A stretch of 50,993 bases of DNA, from positions 1 through 50,993 of the forward strand of contig CAJOMS010000002.1 in assembly GCA_905235795.1 (NCBI GenBank), in the 5' to 3' direction. The notes below the pieces were generated by a model, which made no database searches, was not told where the DNA came from, and saw nothing but the letters and a program-made list of their open reading frames with translations. Position numbers and translations under genes: made by a program. Source of the stretch: an uncultured Clostridia bacterium (GTDB lineage: Bacteria; Bacillota; Clostridia; Christensenellales; Borkfalkiaceae). Below are positions 14,225 through 22,910 of this stretch, piece by piece. Every line of letters begins with the position of its first letter. Position 1 is the first letter of the stretch.

Positions 14225-15862
14225 TTATTCGAGCGATACTATATAATAGTATATCGGCTGGCCGCCGCAATAAACTTCAACGTCGCAGTCCGGATATTCT
14301 TCCTCAACCTTCAGTCGAAGCATTTCGGCAGATTGCTCGCTTACGTCGCACCCGTAATATAGATTTATCGACTCGTGACTCTTATCTTTTATGCTTTCTA
14401 TAAGTTTTAAAGTCGTTTCTTCCACGGTTTTGCCCTTGGCTAAAATTCTACTATTGTCAAGACCGATTATATCGCCGTCTTTCAACGAAAACCTTCCGAT
14501 CTTCGTATCGCGCACCGCGTAAGTGACCTGCCCCACCGTAACGTTATCTATGGCGTGTAGCATCTTCAACATATTCTGCTCGGGCGTTTCATCTTCCATA
14601 TACACCATTGCCGCGGAAAATCCCTGCGGGATGTTCTTTGTTGGAATAACGTACAATTTTTTATTTTCCACTAATTCTTTTGCCTGTTCGGCGGCTAAAA
14701 TTATGTTTTTATTGTTGGGAAATACAAAAACATTATCGGCGTTTATAGCCATGGCGGCATCGGCAATATCGTTTGCGCTGGGGTTCATCGTTTGCCCGCC
14801 CTCTATAACTTTATCGACGGCAAGATCCTTAAAAATTTCTTCCATGCCTTTGCCGGAGCAAATTGCGAGCATACCCATCGGCTTACGGTTCGCCTCGTAC
14901 TGTTTGATCAAAGCACGGTTCTGCTCCAACATGTTTTCGATTTTTACCTTGTCCAGCTCGCCGAGTTGAAGTGCTTTGCTTAACGCCTGACCGGGATTAT
15001 TGGTGTGGACGTGAACTTTAATAAATTCGAGGTCTCCAATACAAATAACGCTGTCGCCTATCGTGTTCAGGTATTCTCTTAACTTGTCTATATCGGCAAG
15101 CGTTGTCTTCTTTTTTAAGTTGATAATAAAAAATTCCGTGCAGTAACCGAATTCTATCCTGCCTAGATTGAAAAGTTCGGCGTGTTCGTGCGGGATCTCA
15201 TCGCTACCCATCTTTACCGGAACGGGTTCGACGACCTCGGAAGCGTTTACTTTTTCTCCTTTAATTGCCTTGAGCATTCCCTCGCACACTTTTAAAAGTC
15301 CCATGCCGCCTGCATCGACCACACCCGCTTTTTTCAAAACCGGCAAAAGCTCGGGCGTCTTTTCAAGCGCAACGTTGCCAGCCGCAAGAAATTCTTCAAA
15401 ATATTCTTCAAAATCTCGTTTTTTGCATTTTTGAGCCGCGTCTGAGATCGCCCTTGAAACCGTTAAAATCGTGCCCTCTTTCGGCTTGGAAACTGCCTTG
15501 TAAGCGGTTTCCGTAGCGGCCTTTAACGCCTTTGTAAAATCGCGGACGTCAACTTCGTTTACGGTTTTAAAGACGCTGCATAAGCCTTTGATTATTTGCG
15601 AAAGGATAACACCCGAATTGCCCCTTGCGCCTTTAAGCGCGCCTTTAGACGCCGCGGAAGCATAATCCGCCATAAAATTGCCCTTTACCGCGTCAAGCTC
15701 TTTAATTGCCGACTGCATCGTAAGAGACATGTTAGTACCGGTATCTCCATCCGGCACGGGAAAGACGTTAAGCGCGTCTATCTGAGCCCTATTATTTTCC
15801 AAATTTTTTGCGGCGCTATGCATCATATTCAAAAACATAGTGCCGTTGATAGTCTTTAACAT
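14225..15862 (-). CDS. yloV: DAK2-domain fusion protein YloV family
   Basis: 545 aa. The N-terminal DhaL/Dak2 pattern is present (LNVFPVPDGDTGTNM, GARGNSGVILSQ), with a C-terminal YloV-type domain. The conserved asp23-yloV-recG order holds. Confidence 0.88.
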   Translation of the reverse strand: MLKTINGTMFLNMMHSAAKNLENNRAQIDALNVFPVPDGDTGTNMSLTMQSAIKELDAVKGNFMADYASAASKGALKGARGNSGVILSQIIKGLCSVFKTVNEVDVRDFTKALKAATETAYKAVSKPKEGTILTVSRAISDAAQKCKKRDFEEYFEEFLAAGNVALEKTPELLPVLKKAGVVDAGGMGLLKVCEGMLKAIKGEKVNASEVVEPVPVKMGSDEIPHEHAELFNLGRIEFGYCTEFFIINLKKKTTLADIDKLREYLNTIGDSVICIGDLEFIKVHVHTNNPGQALSKALQLGELDKVKIENMLEQNRALIKQYEANRKPMGMLAICSGKGMEEIFKDLAVDKVIEGGQTMNPSANDIADAAMAINADNVFVFPNNKNIILAAEQAKELVENKKLYVIPTKNIPQGFSAAMVYMEDETPEQNMLKMLHAIDNVTVGQVTYAVRDTKIGRFSLKDGDIIGLDNSRILAKGKTVEETTLKLIESIKDKSHESINLYYGCDVSEQSAEMLRLKVEEEYPDCDVEVYCGGQPIYYYIVSLE

Positions 15863-15888
15863 TTAATTCCTCCGAATTAACAGATAAA

Positions 15889-16236
15889 TTAAAGTTTAAC
15901 ACCCATAATATTTACATTGACCGAATCAACTATCATTCCCGTAAAATTTTCAACAGCGTATTTAACAGATTGTTTTAAAGACTCTGCCACTGCAGAGATG
16001 GAAACACCAAATTTAAATATAACAAAAATGTCAATGTAGATTCTGTCGTTAAGGGTAGTAACTTTTATTCCCCTTGTGGTATCAAACTTTAAGAAATCGG
16101 AAATACTGTCGGAAATCTTATTTGAAACGGTTTCTATTATACCGTAACAATCCAACGTGGCCTTTAAAGCCACCTTGGCAATAGCTTTATCCGAAATTGA
16201 AATTTTTCCGTAAATGTTGTTGGTATATACAGCCAT
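15889..16236 (-). CDS. Asp23/Gls24 family envelope stress protein (YloU-like)
   Basis: MAVYTNNIYGKISISDKAIAKVA... is typical of Asp23/DUF322. I chose ATG 16236 over the ORF-track start at 16251. Confidence 0.85.
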   Translation of the reverse strand: MAVYTNNIYGKISISDKAIAKVALKATLDCYGIIETVSNKISDSISDFLKFDTTRGIKVTTLNDRIYIDIFVIFKFGVSISAVAESLKQSVKYAVENFTGMIVDSVNVNIMGVKL

Positions 16237-16264
16237 AACAGTATCTCCCAAAATTTCTATATTA

Positions 16265-16293
16265 ATTTTACATTATTTTTATCACATTTGCAA
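16265..16293 (-). promoter_or_regulatory. Candidate promoter of asp23-yloV-recG
   Basis: The minus strand has TTGCAA (16293-16288), a 17-nt spacer, then TAAAAT (16270-16265). Confidence 0.5.
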
Positions 16294-16395
16294 CAATTTT
16301 TTTATAATTGCGGTAATTTTTCATCATTAATACCTCTAAAAAAATTTTTCGCGCATACTTTTTTATAAAACTTTACAAAAACCCTCGTATTTTTG

Positions 16396-16424
16396 TTGCA
16401 ATTTTTTTTATTTAGTGATATAGT
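16396..16424 (+). promoter_or_regulatory. Candidate promoter of rpmB
   Basis: TTGCAA (16396-16401), a 17-nt spacer, then TATAGT (16419-16424). Confidence 0.6.
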
Positions 16425-16468
16425 ATTAATGCTTAATTTTTAGGTTAATTCCCTTGGAGGTGTAAAAT

Positions 16469-16660
16469 ATGTCCAGAGTATGCAGCGTTTGCGGTAAAGG
16501 TAAGTTGTCCGGCAATAAAGTAAGCCACAGTAATCGTAAAACCCCCCGTTTGTACAATGCCAACGTACAGAAGGTTAAAGTCGTTTGCGATAACGGCTCC
16601 ATAGCTTCTGAATACGTTTGCGCTCGTTGTTTAAAGAGCGGCAAGGTTCAAAGGGCTTAA
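16469..16660 (+). CDS. rpmB: 50S ribosomal protein L28
   Basis: MSRVCSVCGKGKLSGNKVSHSNRKTPRLYNANVQKVKV... is the canonical L28 sequence. GGAGG SD. Confidence 0.96.
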   Translation: MSRVCSVCGKGKLSGNKVSHSNRKTPRLYNANVQKVKVVCDNGSIASEYVCARCLKSGKVQRA

Positions 16661-16678
16661 CGTTATAGAAAATAATTT

Positions 16679-16714
16679 AAGGGAGTAATTAATTTTACTC
16701 CCTTTTTTCTTTTG
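16679..16714 (+). terminator. Rho-independent terminator after rpmB
   Basis: AAGGGAGTAA-TTAATT-TTACTCCCTT followed by TTTTCTTTT. Confidence 0.85.
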
Positions 16715-16810
16715 TTTAAAACCGCATTTTTATCTTTTAAATTTTATCTTTAGGTATAAACAGCCGTATAAGTGCCCTTATAAATTTTGGCGGCTTAACA
16801 CATAAGATCC

Positions 16811-17413
16811 TCATAATTTCCTCACAATAAACAGAATAGCCTCTCCTCCGTCTATATCTATAACGGCGTTGTCTTTCGTAAGGATATTTGAAAGCCCTCG
16901 GCCTTCACCTAACCATAGGGTAATATCGGAAGCATCGTACTTCAACCCTACACTACTATTTATATGCACGGATTCCGAAATAGGGACCAAAGAAATAGTA
17001 GTTCCTTCGCGTTCTTTTATAAAAGTTTTTCCTTTTACTATATAAAATTCGGTGTAGTCGCTTATCATACGGGCGCGCACATTCAATCGGTCCGCCAAAA
17101 CAAGCAACCCTACGTTGCCGAAGAAATGATCCTCCCTCTTTCCCGATCCGCCGTAAATTTCAACGTCGCTAACCCCTCTTTCCTTCAGGCGATGCAGGGC
17201 AAGCTCCCCGTCGGTCATATTTTTTTCCACGGGATAAACTTCCGCACCTTCGGGAACGTAACCGAGAGAATCAAAATCGCCCAAACAAACGTCTATACGA
17301 ATTTTTGCCTCTTTGACCCAATTATATGCACCGTCGCAGCAAATAACGATTTTTCCATCCGTTTGAATCTCTCCCTTGTACGGATCGCCGTTTAGCAGGA
17401 TAATTCCTTTCAT
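16811..17413 (-). CDS. thiN: Thiamine pyrophosphokinase
   Basis: About 200 aa with MKGIILLNGD..., CCDGAYNW, GDFDS, KNMTDGELAL. It follows rpe, as in B. subtilis (yloS). ATG 17413 lies 2 nt after the rpe stop. The ORF-track start at 17419 is a TTG. Confidence 0.85.
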   Translation of the reverse strand: MKGIILLNGDPYKGEIQTDGKIVICCDGAYNWVKEAKIRIDVCLGDFDSLGYVPEGAEVYPVEKNMTDGELALHRLKERGVSDVEIYGGSGKREDHFFGNVGLLVLADRLNVRARMISDYTEFYIVKGKTFIKEREGTTISLVPISESVHINSSVGLKYDASDITLWLGEGRGLSNILTKDNAVIDIDGGEAILFIVRKL

Positions 17414-17415
17414 AA

Positions 17416-18078
17416 TCAAAGATTTTTCAGTCGAGATATGGCAAGCGCCCTGTCGTCGGCGGTGAATACGGTATTGCCGGCAACGAGAACGTTAGCGCCG
17501 CTGCGCTTGATAAGGGAAGCGTTATCGAAATTAACTCCGCCGTCTATTTCGAGATCGACATCCAAGCCTTGTTCGTCGATGATCTTTCTGAATTTTTCGA
17601 CCTTAGGCAAAACCTCGGGAATAAATTTCTGTCCGCCTTTACCGGGAAACACACTCATGACAAGCACCATATCGCACATCGAAACAAGATTTTGCACGGG
17701 CTCGACAGGCGTATCGGGATTGATGACAAAACCGCACTTTTTACCCGTTCTTTTTATCAATTTAAGTGTTTCTTCAAGTCTTTCCTTGCACGCCTCGTAA
17801 TGCACCGTTATAATATCCGCGCCCGCTTCGGCAAATTTTTCAACATACTTCCAAGGTTCAACTATCATAAGATGAACGTCGAGAGGCAAAGACGTAACCT
17901 TTCTTATATCCTTAACCATCTTCATTCCGAAAGTAATGTTTTGAACGAATACGCCGTCCATAACGTCTACGTGAATGATATCCGCACCTTTTTTTTCAAG
18001 ATCCATGACCTCGTCACCCATTTTTGAAAAGTCCGCCGAAAGTATAGACGGTGCAATTTTTATCACTGTATCTTTCAT
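17416..18078 (-). CDS. rpe: Ribulose-phosphate 3-epimerase
   Basis: IAPSILSADF, HVDVMDG.FV.N.TFG, DVHLM, DGG. are canonical Rpe motifs. Confidence 0.94.
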   Translation of the reverse strand: MKDTVIKIAPSILSADFSKMGDEVMDLEKKGADIIHVDVMDGVFVQNITFGMKMVKDIRKVTSLPLDVHLMIVEPWKYVEKFAEAGADIITVHYEACKERLEETLKLIKRTGKKCGFVINPDTPVEPVQNLVSMCDMVLVMSVFPGKGGQKFIPEVLPKVEKFRKIIDEQGLDVDLEIDGGVNFDNASLIKRSGANVLVAGNTVFTADDRALAISRLKNL

Positions 18079-18090
18079 CTTTCTCTCCTT

Positions 18091-18942
18091 CTAATATTTT
18101 AATTTTTCGGATTTTATTTCATTAAAAATATCTTTATATCTTAAATATCTGTCGCTGCTTAGCAAGCCGCTTTCCACATCTTGCGACACCTTGCACCCCG
18201 GTTCTGAAACGTGCGTGCACATTCTGAATTTGCAATACGGCAACCTCGAAAAATATTCGGGATAAAAAAGCGCAATATCCTCCGGCTCTATTTGCGGCTT
18301 TATTACGCTGAAACCGGGTGTGTCCGCAATACGAATATTTCCGCAACTATAAATTTCGGCAACGGTAGTCGTATGGCGACCGCGAAGCGTCTTTTCGCTC
18401 ACGTCGCCGGTTTTCAGTTTTAATCCGAAAAGAGCACTGACAAGCGAAGATTTTCCCACCGCGCTCTGCCCGGCAAAGGCGACGAGCTTGTTTTCCAACA
18501 GCTTTTTCAATTCATCAAGTCCTTCGCCCGTAGTTGCGCTGACTTGAACTATTTTGCACCCCGTATCACCGTAATTTGCAACGATTTCGTTGAACACACC
18601 GCTGTTTAAGTCACTCTTATTGACGGAAATAATCACCTCGACATCCTGCGAGAAAAGAGCGAGGAGCAACTTGTCAAGCATTATAAAATCGGGCTTTGGC
18701 GGGCTGGCAACAACGACGTTTACCGCATCCACGTTTGCGATACTCGGACGGATAAAAAACGATTTTCTTTCAAGTACCTTATCGACGGTCAACGTGCGCT
18801 CGTCAATGCTCACGTAATCGCCTGTAACGATGCCGTCAGACTTAATTTTAAGGTTACCGCGAGCCGAACATTCGTATATTTTATCGCCGCATAAAACCGT
18901 GTATCTACCGGCGTTCATTTTTACGACTTGCCCCTTAATCAC
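18091..18942 (-). CDS. rsgA: Ribosome small-subunit-dependent GTPase A
   Basis: Circularly permuted GTPase with NKSDL, then GQSAVGKSSL, then DTPGF, and a C-terminal zinc cluster CKFRMCTHVSEPGC. Confidence 0.92.
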   Translation of the reverse strand: MIKGQVVKMNAGRYTVLCGDKIYECSARGNLKIKSDGIVTGDYVSIDERTLTVDKVLERKSFFIRPSIANVDAVNVVVASPPKPDFIMLDKLLLALFSQDVEVIISVNKSDLNSGVFNEIVANYGDTGCKIVQVSATTGEGLDELKKLLENKLVAFAGQSAVGKSSLVSALFGLKLKTGDVSEKTLRGRHTTTVAEIYSCGNIRIADTPGFSVIKPQIEPEDIALFYPEYFSRLPYCKFRMCTHVSEPGCKVSQDVESGLLSSDRYLRYKDIFNEIKSEKLKY

Positions 18943-19993
18943 TGATGTCTCCCGAATTTTTATCGATATATTTATTTCTTAATTGACCGCACGCACCACC
19001 TATATCTGCGCCGGCACGCCTGCGTAAAGTTACCGAAACCCCACCCTTTTCAAGCATTGAAAGAAACGCGTAAGCGTCGGCATCCGCAGTGGCTTTAAGC
19101 CCCCTCTCGGGCACGGCGTTCAACCTTATAAGATTGACGTGGCAAGGTCTTTTCGCAAGTAATTTTATAAGCTCGTCGGCGCAGGCGCGAGTATCGTTTT
19201 CACCCTTTATCAAGGAGTATTCAAAAATAAAACGCCTGCCTGTTTTTTCAAAATAATAGTCGCAAGCCCTCAAAATTTCCGCAACGGAATATTTATTTGC
19301 AACGGGCATAATTTTTTTACGAGTGGAATCGAACGGATTGTGCAAAGACACTGAAAGATTGACCTGCAATCCCTCGTCGGCAAGCTTTAACATCTGCGGA
19401 ACGAGCCCGCAGGTAGACAAAGAAATGTTCCTTTGGCTGATGTTGATTCCGTCCGAACAATTAACTTCGCGAATGAACTCAACGACGTTGTCGTAATTGT
19501 CGAGAGGTTCACCGCTCCCCATCAAAACGACATTGGTAACAAACCTTTTATCGGTCGTTCCTCCGTGCGTTCTGTTGACAACGTAAATTTGCGATAAAAT
19601 TTCGCCCGAGGACAAATTTCTGACTAGTCCGTTCAAACCTGAAGCGCAAAACGCGCAATTCATACGGCACCCCACCTGCGTGGATACGCATTGAGTGTTA
19701 CCGTAAGCATATTTCATCAAAACACCCTCTATAATATTTCCGTCCGATAAAGAAAACAAAAACTTTTCGGTTCCGTCCTTGGAATAGATAGTTTCCAAAA
19801 TACGTACGGGCTCATCCTCGTATTCGAGCAATAATTTTTCTCTCAACGATTTAGGTATATCGGAAATTTCAGAAATTTTTAAGCCGGCGTGCATAGCTCG
19901 ATGAATCTGCTTTGCCCGATAAGACTTTTCGCCGTAATCATTCATCAAAACCTCGAGCTGAGGTAACGTCAGATCCTGTAAGATTTTTTTCAT
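18935..19993 (-). CDS. rlmN: 23S rRNA (adenine2503-C2)-methyltransferase RlmN (radical SAM)
   Basis: Radical-SAM cluster CRMNCAFC, and later GMGEP-like SGEPLDN and the C-terminal GADIGGACGQL. ATG 19993 overlaps the rsmB stop (ATGA). Confidence 0.92.
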   Translation of the reverse strand: MKKILQDLTLPQLEVLMNDYGEKSYRAKQIHRAMHAGLKISEISDIPKSLREKLLLEYEDEPVRILETIYSKDGTEKFLFSLSDGNIIEGVLMKYAYGNTQCVSTQVGCRMNCAFCASGLNGLVRNLSSGEILSQIYVVNRTHGGTTDKRFVTNVVLMGSGEPLDNYDNVVEFIREVNCSDGINISQRNISLSTCGLVPQMLKLADEGLQVNLSVSLHNPFDSTRKKIMPVANKYSVAEILRACDYYFEKTGRRFIFEYSLIKGENDTRACADELIKLLAKRPCHVNLIRLNAVPERGLKATADADAYAFLSMLEKGGVSVTLRRRAGADIGGACGQLRNKYIDKNSGDISD

Positions 19994-21240
19994 TTTACCC
20001 TCTCGAAAGCACATAAATAAAAGCCCGCTCCGTACGAAATATCCGGCAAGTATTGAACGCCAAATTTCTTTTTAATACAAGGAATTTTACTACAAATTAC
20101 GTGTGGCATAAAAGCTTTGTTTCGACTCAAAAACCACTCAACGTTATCTTCGCACTCGGCTGAAAAATACGTGCACGTCGAATAATAAAGCATGCCACCC
20201 GGCTTAACGTATTCAGCGCAATTAAGTAATATTTTCTTTTGCAGTTCCGAAAGCTCTTTAACTGTTTCTATAGTCTTTTTAAGTTTTACGTCAGGATTAT
20301 TTTTCAACACACCAAAGCCGCTGCACGGCACGTCGCACAACACCGCGTCAAAACGAGATGCATAATTAGAATTATATACGGATGAATCTTCAACAGAAAC
20401 TCTGATATTATCAATTTTCATACGACGGGCGTACGATTCGATCAATTCAGCTCTGTGTTCGTGGATCTCACAGGCGGTTACACTCTCAAACTTTTGTGAT
20501 AAAAAAACGGATTTTCCGCCCGGAGCCGCGCACGCATCAAGCAGCGTTCCACCGCCGTCGATAGCGTCGCATATTGCCGCCGAACCTATAGATTGAAACG
20601 TATAAATACCGTCGTCGTAATCTTTGTTTCTTACAAATCTCTCAACCGAAAATGTATTTACGTATGGCGTAATTTCAAATAAAATTCCTTTATCCGTAAG
20701 GTATTTTACGCCATCTTCAACATTTAAAAATGCTACGTGAGTTTTTTCCGGAGGAGCAGCCATGATGCTTTCCGCAGTATCTTTGCCGTAGTCTTTTATC
20801 AACTCTTGAACCGCAAAAACGGGAAAATCATATTTCAAAGAAAGCCGAGATATTTCATCATCCGGCAATGGAATGTCTCCGGTTTTAACAAATTTTCTTA
20901 AAAAAGCATTTACAAAACCCGATACGCCCTTTTTGCCGAGCTTGTTGCAAAGTTCAACTGCCGTATCGGTTACCGCATAAGGAGCCTTATTTAAAAATTT
21001 AATGTTGTACATCGCTATTTTTAATATAGTCCTCACGACAAGCTTGGGATTTTTATCGCATAAACAAGAAATATAATATGATAAAAGTATATCTTTTTCG
21101 ATAACTCCGTAACAAATTTTAGTAACGGCAGGGCGATCTCTTTCGGCCACGGGAACCGATAACATAGCTTGTTTTAAATAAGCGCCTTCGCCGTAAACTT
21201 TATTTAAAATCAAATACGAGTCGTAAAAAACGTTTTTCAC
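19990..21240 (-). CDS. rsmB: 16S rRNA (cytosine967-C5)-methyltransferase RsmB
   Basis: N-terminal NusB-like region. SAM motif DACAAPGGKS and catalytic DVPCSG and TCT(Y) Cys motifs. ATGA overlap with fmt. Confidence 0.9.
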   Translation of the reverse strand: MKNVFYDSYLILNKVYGEGAYLKQAMLSVPVAERDRPAVTKICYGVIEKDILLSYYISCLCDKNPKLVVRTILKIAMYNIKFLNKAPYAVTDTAVELCNKLGKKGVSGFVNAFLRKFVKTGDIPLPDDEISRLSLKYDFPVFAVQELIKDYGKDTAESIMAAPPEKTHVAFLNVEDGVKYLTDKGILFEITPYVNTFSVERFVRNKDYDDGIYTFQSIGSAAICDAIDGGGTLLDACAAPGGKSVFLSQKFESVTACEIHEHRAELIESYARRMKIDNIRVSVEDSSVYNSNYASRFDAVLCDVPCSGFGVLKNNPDVKLKKTIETVKELSELQKKILLNCAEYVKPGGMLYYSTCTYFSAECEDNVEWFLSRNKAFMPHVICSKIPCIKKKFGVQYLPDISYGAGFYLCAFERVK

Positions 21241-22181
21241 TCTGTTTCACCCGTAAACCGTTCGCCGACGGCAAAACTTCTGCCTAAAAGAAAGTCTTTA
21301 GCGCTCATACGCTTGGCTCCTTCCAACTGCAATTCGCTTATTTTTACGGCACCTTCTCCGCAAGCAACGATTATACCGTTTTTAGCGTCACAGATAAGCA
21401 CCTCGCCGGGAAGCCCGTTAGATCTTACATTGTGGCAAATTTCAACCGCCCAAATTTTTATTATTTTCCTGCAAAAATACGTATAAGCGCAAGGCCACGG
21501 ATTCATTCCTCTGACGAGGTTGAAAACCTCTTTTGCGGATTTTGACCAAACTATGGCGCCATCTTGCTTTTTTAACATTTTAACGCGCGTAGCGGCAGAA
21601 TGATCTTGCAGAGTATAGACAGCCGAGCCGTCCTCGATCGAATCGAGCGCATCGTTTATCATATCGGCACCGAGGGCGGAAAGTCTCTCAAAAAGCTCGC
21701 CGGCAGTCTCGTTTTCGCCTATTGCAAGCTGCCGTTGCATTATCATATCGCCGGTATCAACTCCGATTTCCGTTTTCATTATGGTTACGCCCGTAACCTT
21801 TTCGCCGTTTATAATACACCACTGGATAGGTGCAGCGCCGCGGTATTTAGGCAAAAGAGACGCGTGAATATTGATTATGCCGTATTTTGGTATATCTATA
21901 ATTTCCTGAGACAATATCTGCCCGAATGCACAGGTCACGAAAATGTCCGCATCCAGAGCACGCAAAGTTTCCACGCCTTCAGCGCTGATCTTTTCAAACT
22001 GAATAACATGTATGCCATAATTTAAGGCAACCTCTTTAACGGGTGAAAATACGAGTTTTGCGCTGCGACCTTTCGGCCTGTCGGGCTGAGTTACGACAGC
22101 AACGACTTCGTGCCTTCCGTCAATTATTTTTTTTAGCGGAGCTACCGCAAAATCCGGCGTGCCGAGAAAAACTACCTTCAT
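21237..22181 (-). CDS. fmt: Methionyl-tRNA formyltransferase
   Basis: MKVVFLGTPDFA, HASLLPKYRGAAPIQW, and the conserved def-fmt neighbourhood. Confidence 0.94.
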   Translation of the reverse strand: MKVVFLGTPDFAVAPLKKIIDGRHEVVAVVTQPDRPKGRSAKLVFSPVKEVALNYGIHVIQFEKISAEGVETLRALDADIFVTCAFGQILSQEIIDIPKYGIINIHASLLPKYRGAAPIQWCIINGEKVTGVTIMKTEIGVDTGDMIMQRQLAIGENETAGELFERLSALGADMINDALDSIEDGSAVYTLQDHSAATRVKMLKKQDGAIVWSKSAKEVFNLVRGMNPWPCAYTYFCRKIIKIWAVEICHNVRSNGLPGEVLICDAKNGIIVACGEGAVKISELQLEGAKRMSAKDFLLGRSFAVGERFTGETE

Positions 22182-22183
22182 CG

Positions 22184-22435
22184 TTAACCCTGCAGCCCTT
22201 TAGACTGTCTTTCCATATCTTCTACCACTATATCAAATATCTCACCCAAGGAGGAACAATATTCCAAAATCTTCCAAGGGGTATTCGTATGAAAATGGAT
22301 TTTTATCAAATCGTCGTCGCCAACAACGAGCAAACTGTCGCCTTCAAAATTTTCGGTTATATAATCGCTGATTTTATCCTCGTTTAAATTTTGTCCTTCA
22401 ATTAAAAGCTGAGTGTCGTATCTGAATTCCAACAT
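22184..22435 (-). CDS. Small protein homologous to the middle segment of YloV (stand-alone fragment paralogue)
   Basis: The 83-aa ORF aligns by eye to residues about 235-320 of the yloV product in this same window. Compare FEGDSLLVVGDDDLIKIHFHTNTPWKILEYCSSLGEI with IGDSVICIGDLEFIKVHVHTNNPGQALSKALQLGEL. Spacing is tight (12 nt after def, 2 nt before fmt). Confidence 0.6.
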   Translation of the reverse strand: MLEFRYDTQLLIEGQNLNEDKISDYITENFEGDSLLVVGDDDLIKIHFHTNTPWKILEYCSSLGEIFDIVVEDMERQSKGLQG

Positions 22436-22447
22436 AATAAAATCTCC

Positions 22448-22900
22448 TTAATCGTTTACTATTTCGGTTGCTTTATCTATATATAAAATTCCGTCCAGAT
22501 GGTCGTATTCGTGGCATACGGCACGGGCAAAAAAGTCTTTTGCCGTAAGGGAAAACGCGTTGCCGAATCTGTCCTGTGCTTTAATTACAACCTTTTTCGG
22601 CCTCGTAACTTCACCCCATTTGCCCTTGACCGAAAGGCAACCCTCTTTACCGGATTGCGTACCCGACACGGAGACGATAACGGGGTTTACGAATTCGAAA
22701 TAACCTTCTTCCACGTCGACGAAGAACACCCTGCGCAAAACGCCAACCTGCGGACCTGCGAGGCCTGCACCTTCGGCTTTGCGAACGGTATCTTTCATAT
22801 CGTCCAACAACGTCCACAACTTCTGATCGAAAGAAGTTACTTCAAAACATTTTTTTCTGAGCGTTTCATCGCCCACCTGTACAATATTTCTTATAGCCAT
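22448..22900 (-). CDS. def: Peptide deformylase
   Basis: Motifs GLAGPQVG, EGCLS and HEYDHLDG. Confidence 0.95.
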   Translation of the reverse strand: MAIRNIVQVGDETLRKKCFEVTSFDQKLWTLLDDMKDTVRKAEGAGLAGPQVGVLRRVFFVDVEEGYFEFVNPVIVSVSGTQSGKEGCLSVKGKWGEVTRPKKVVIKAQDRFGNAFSLTAKDFFARAVCHEYDHLDGILYIDKATEIVND

Positions 22901-22910
22901 ATTTCTACCT

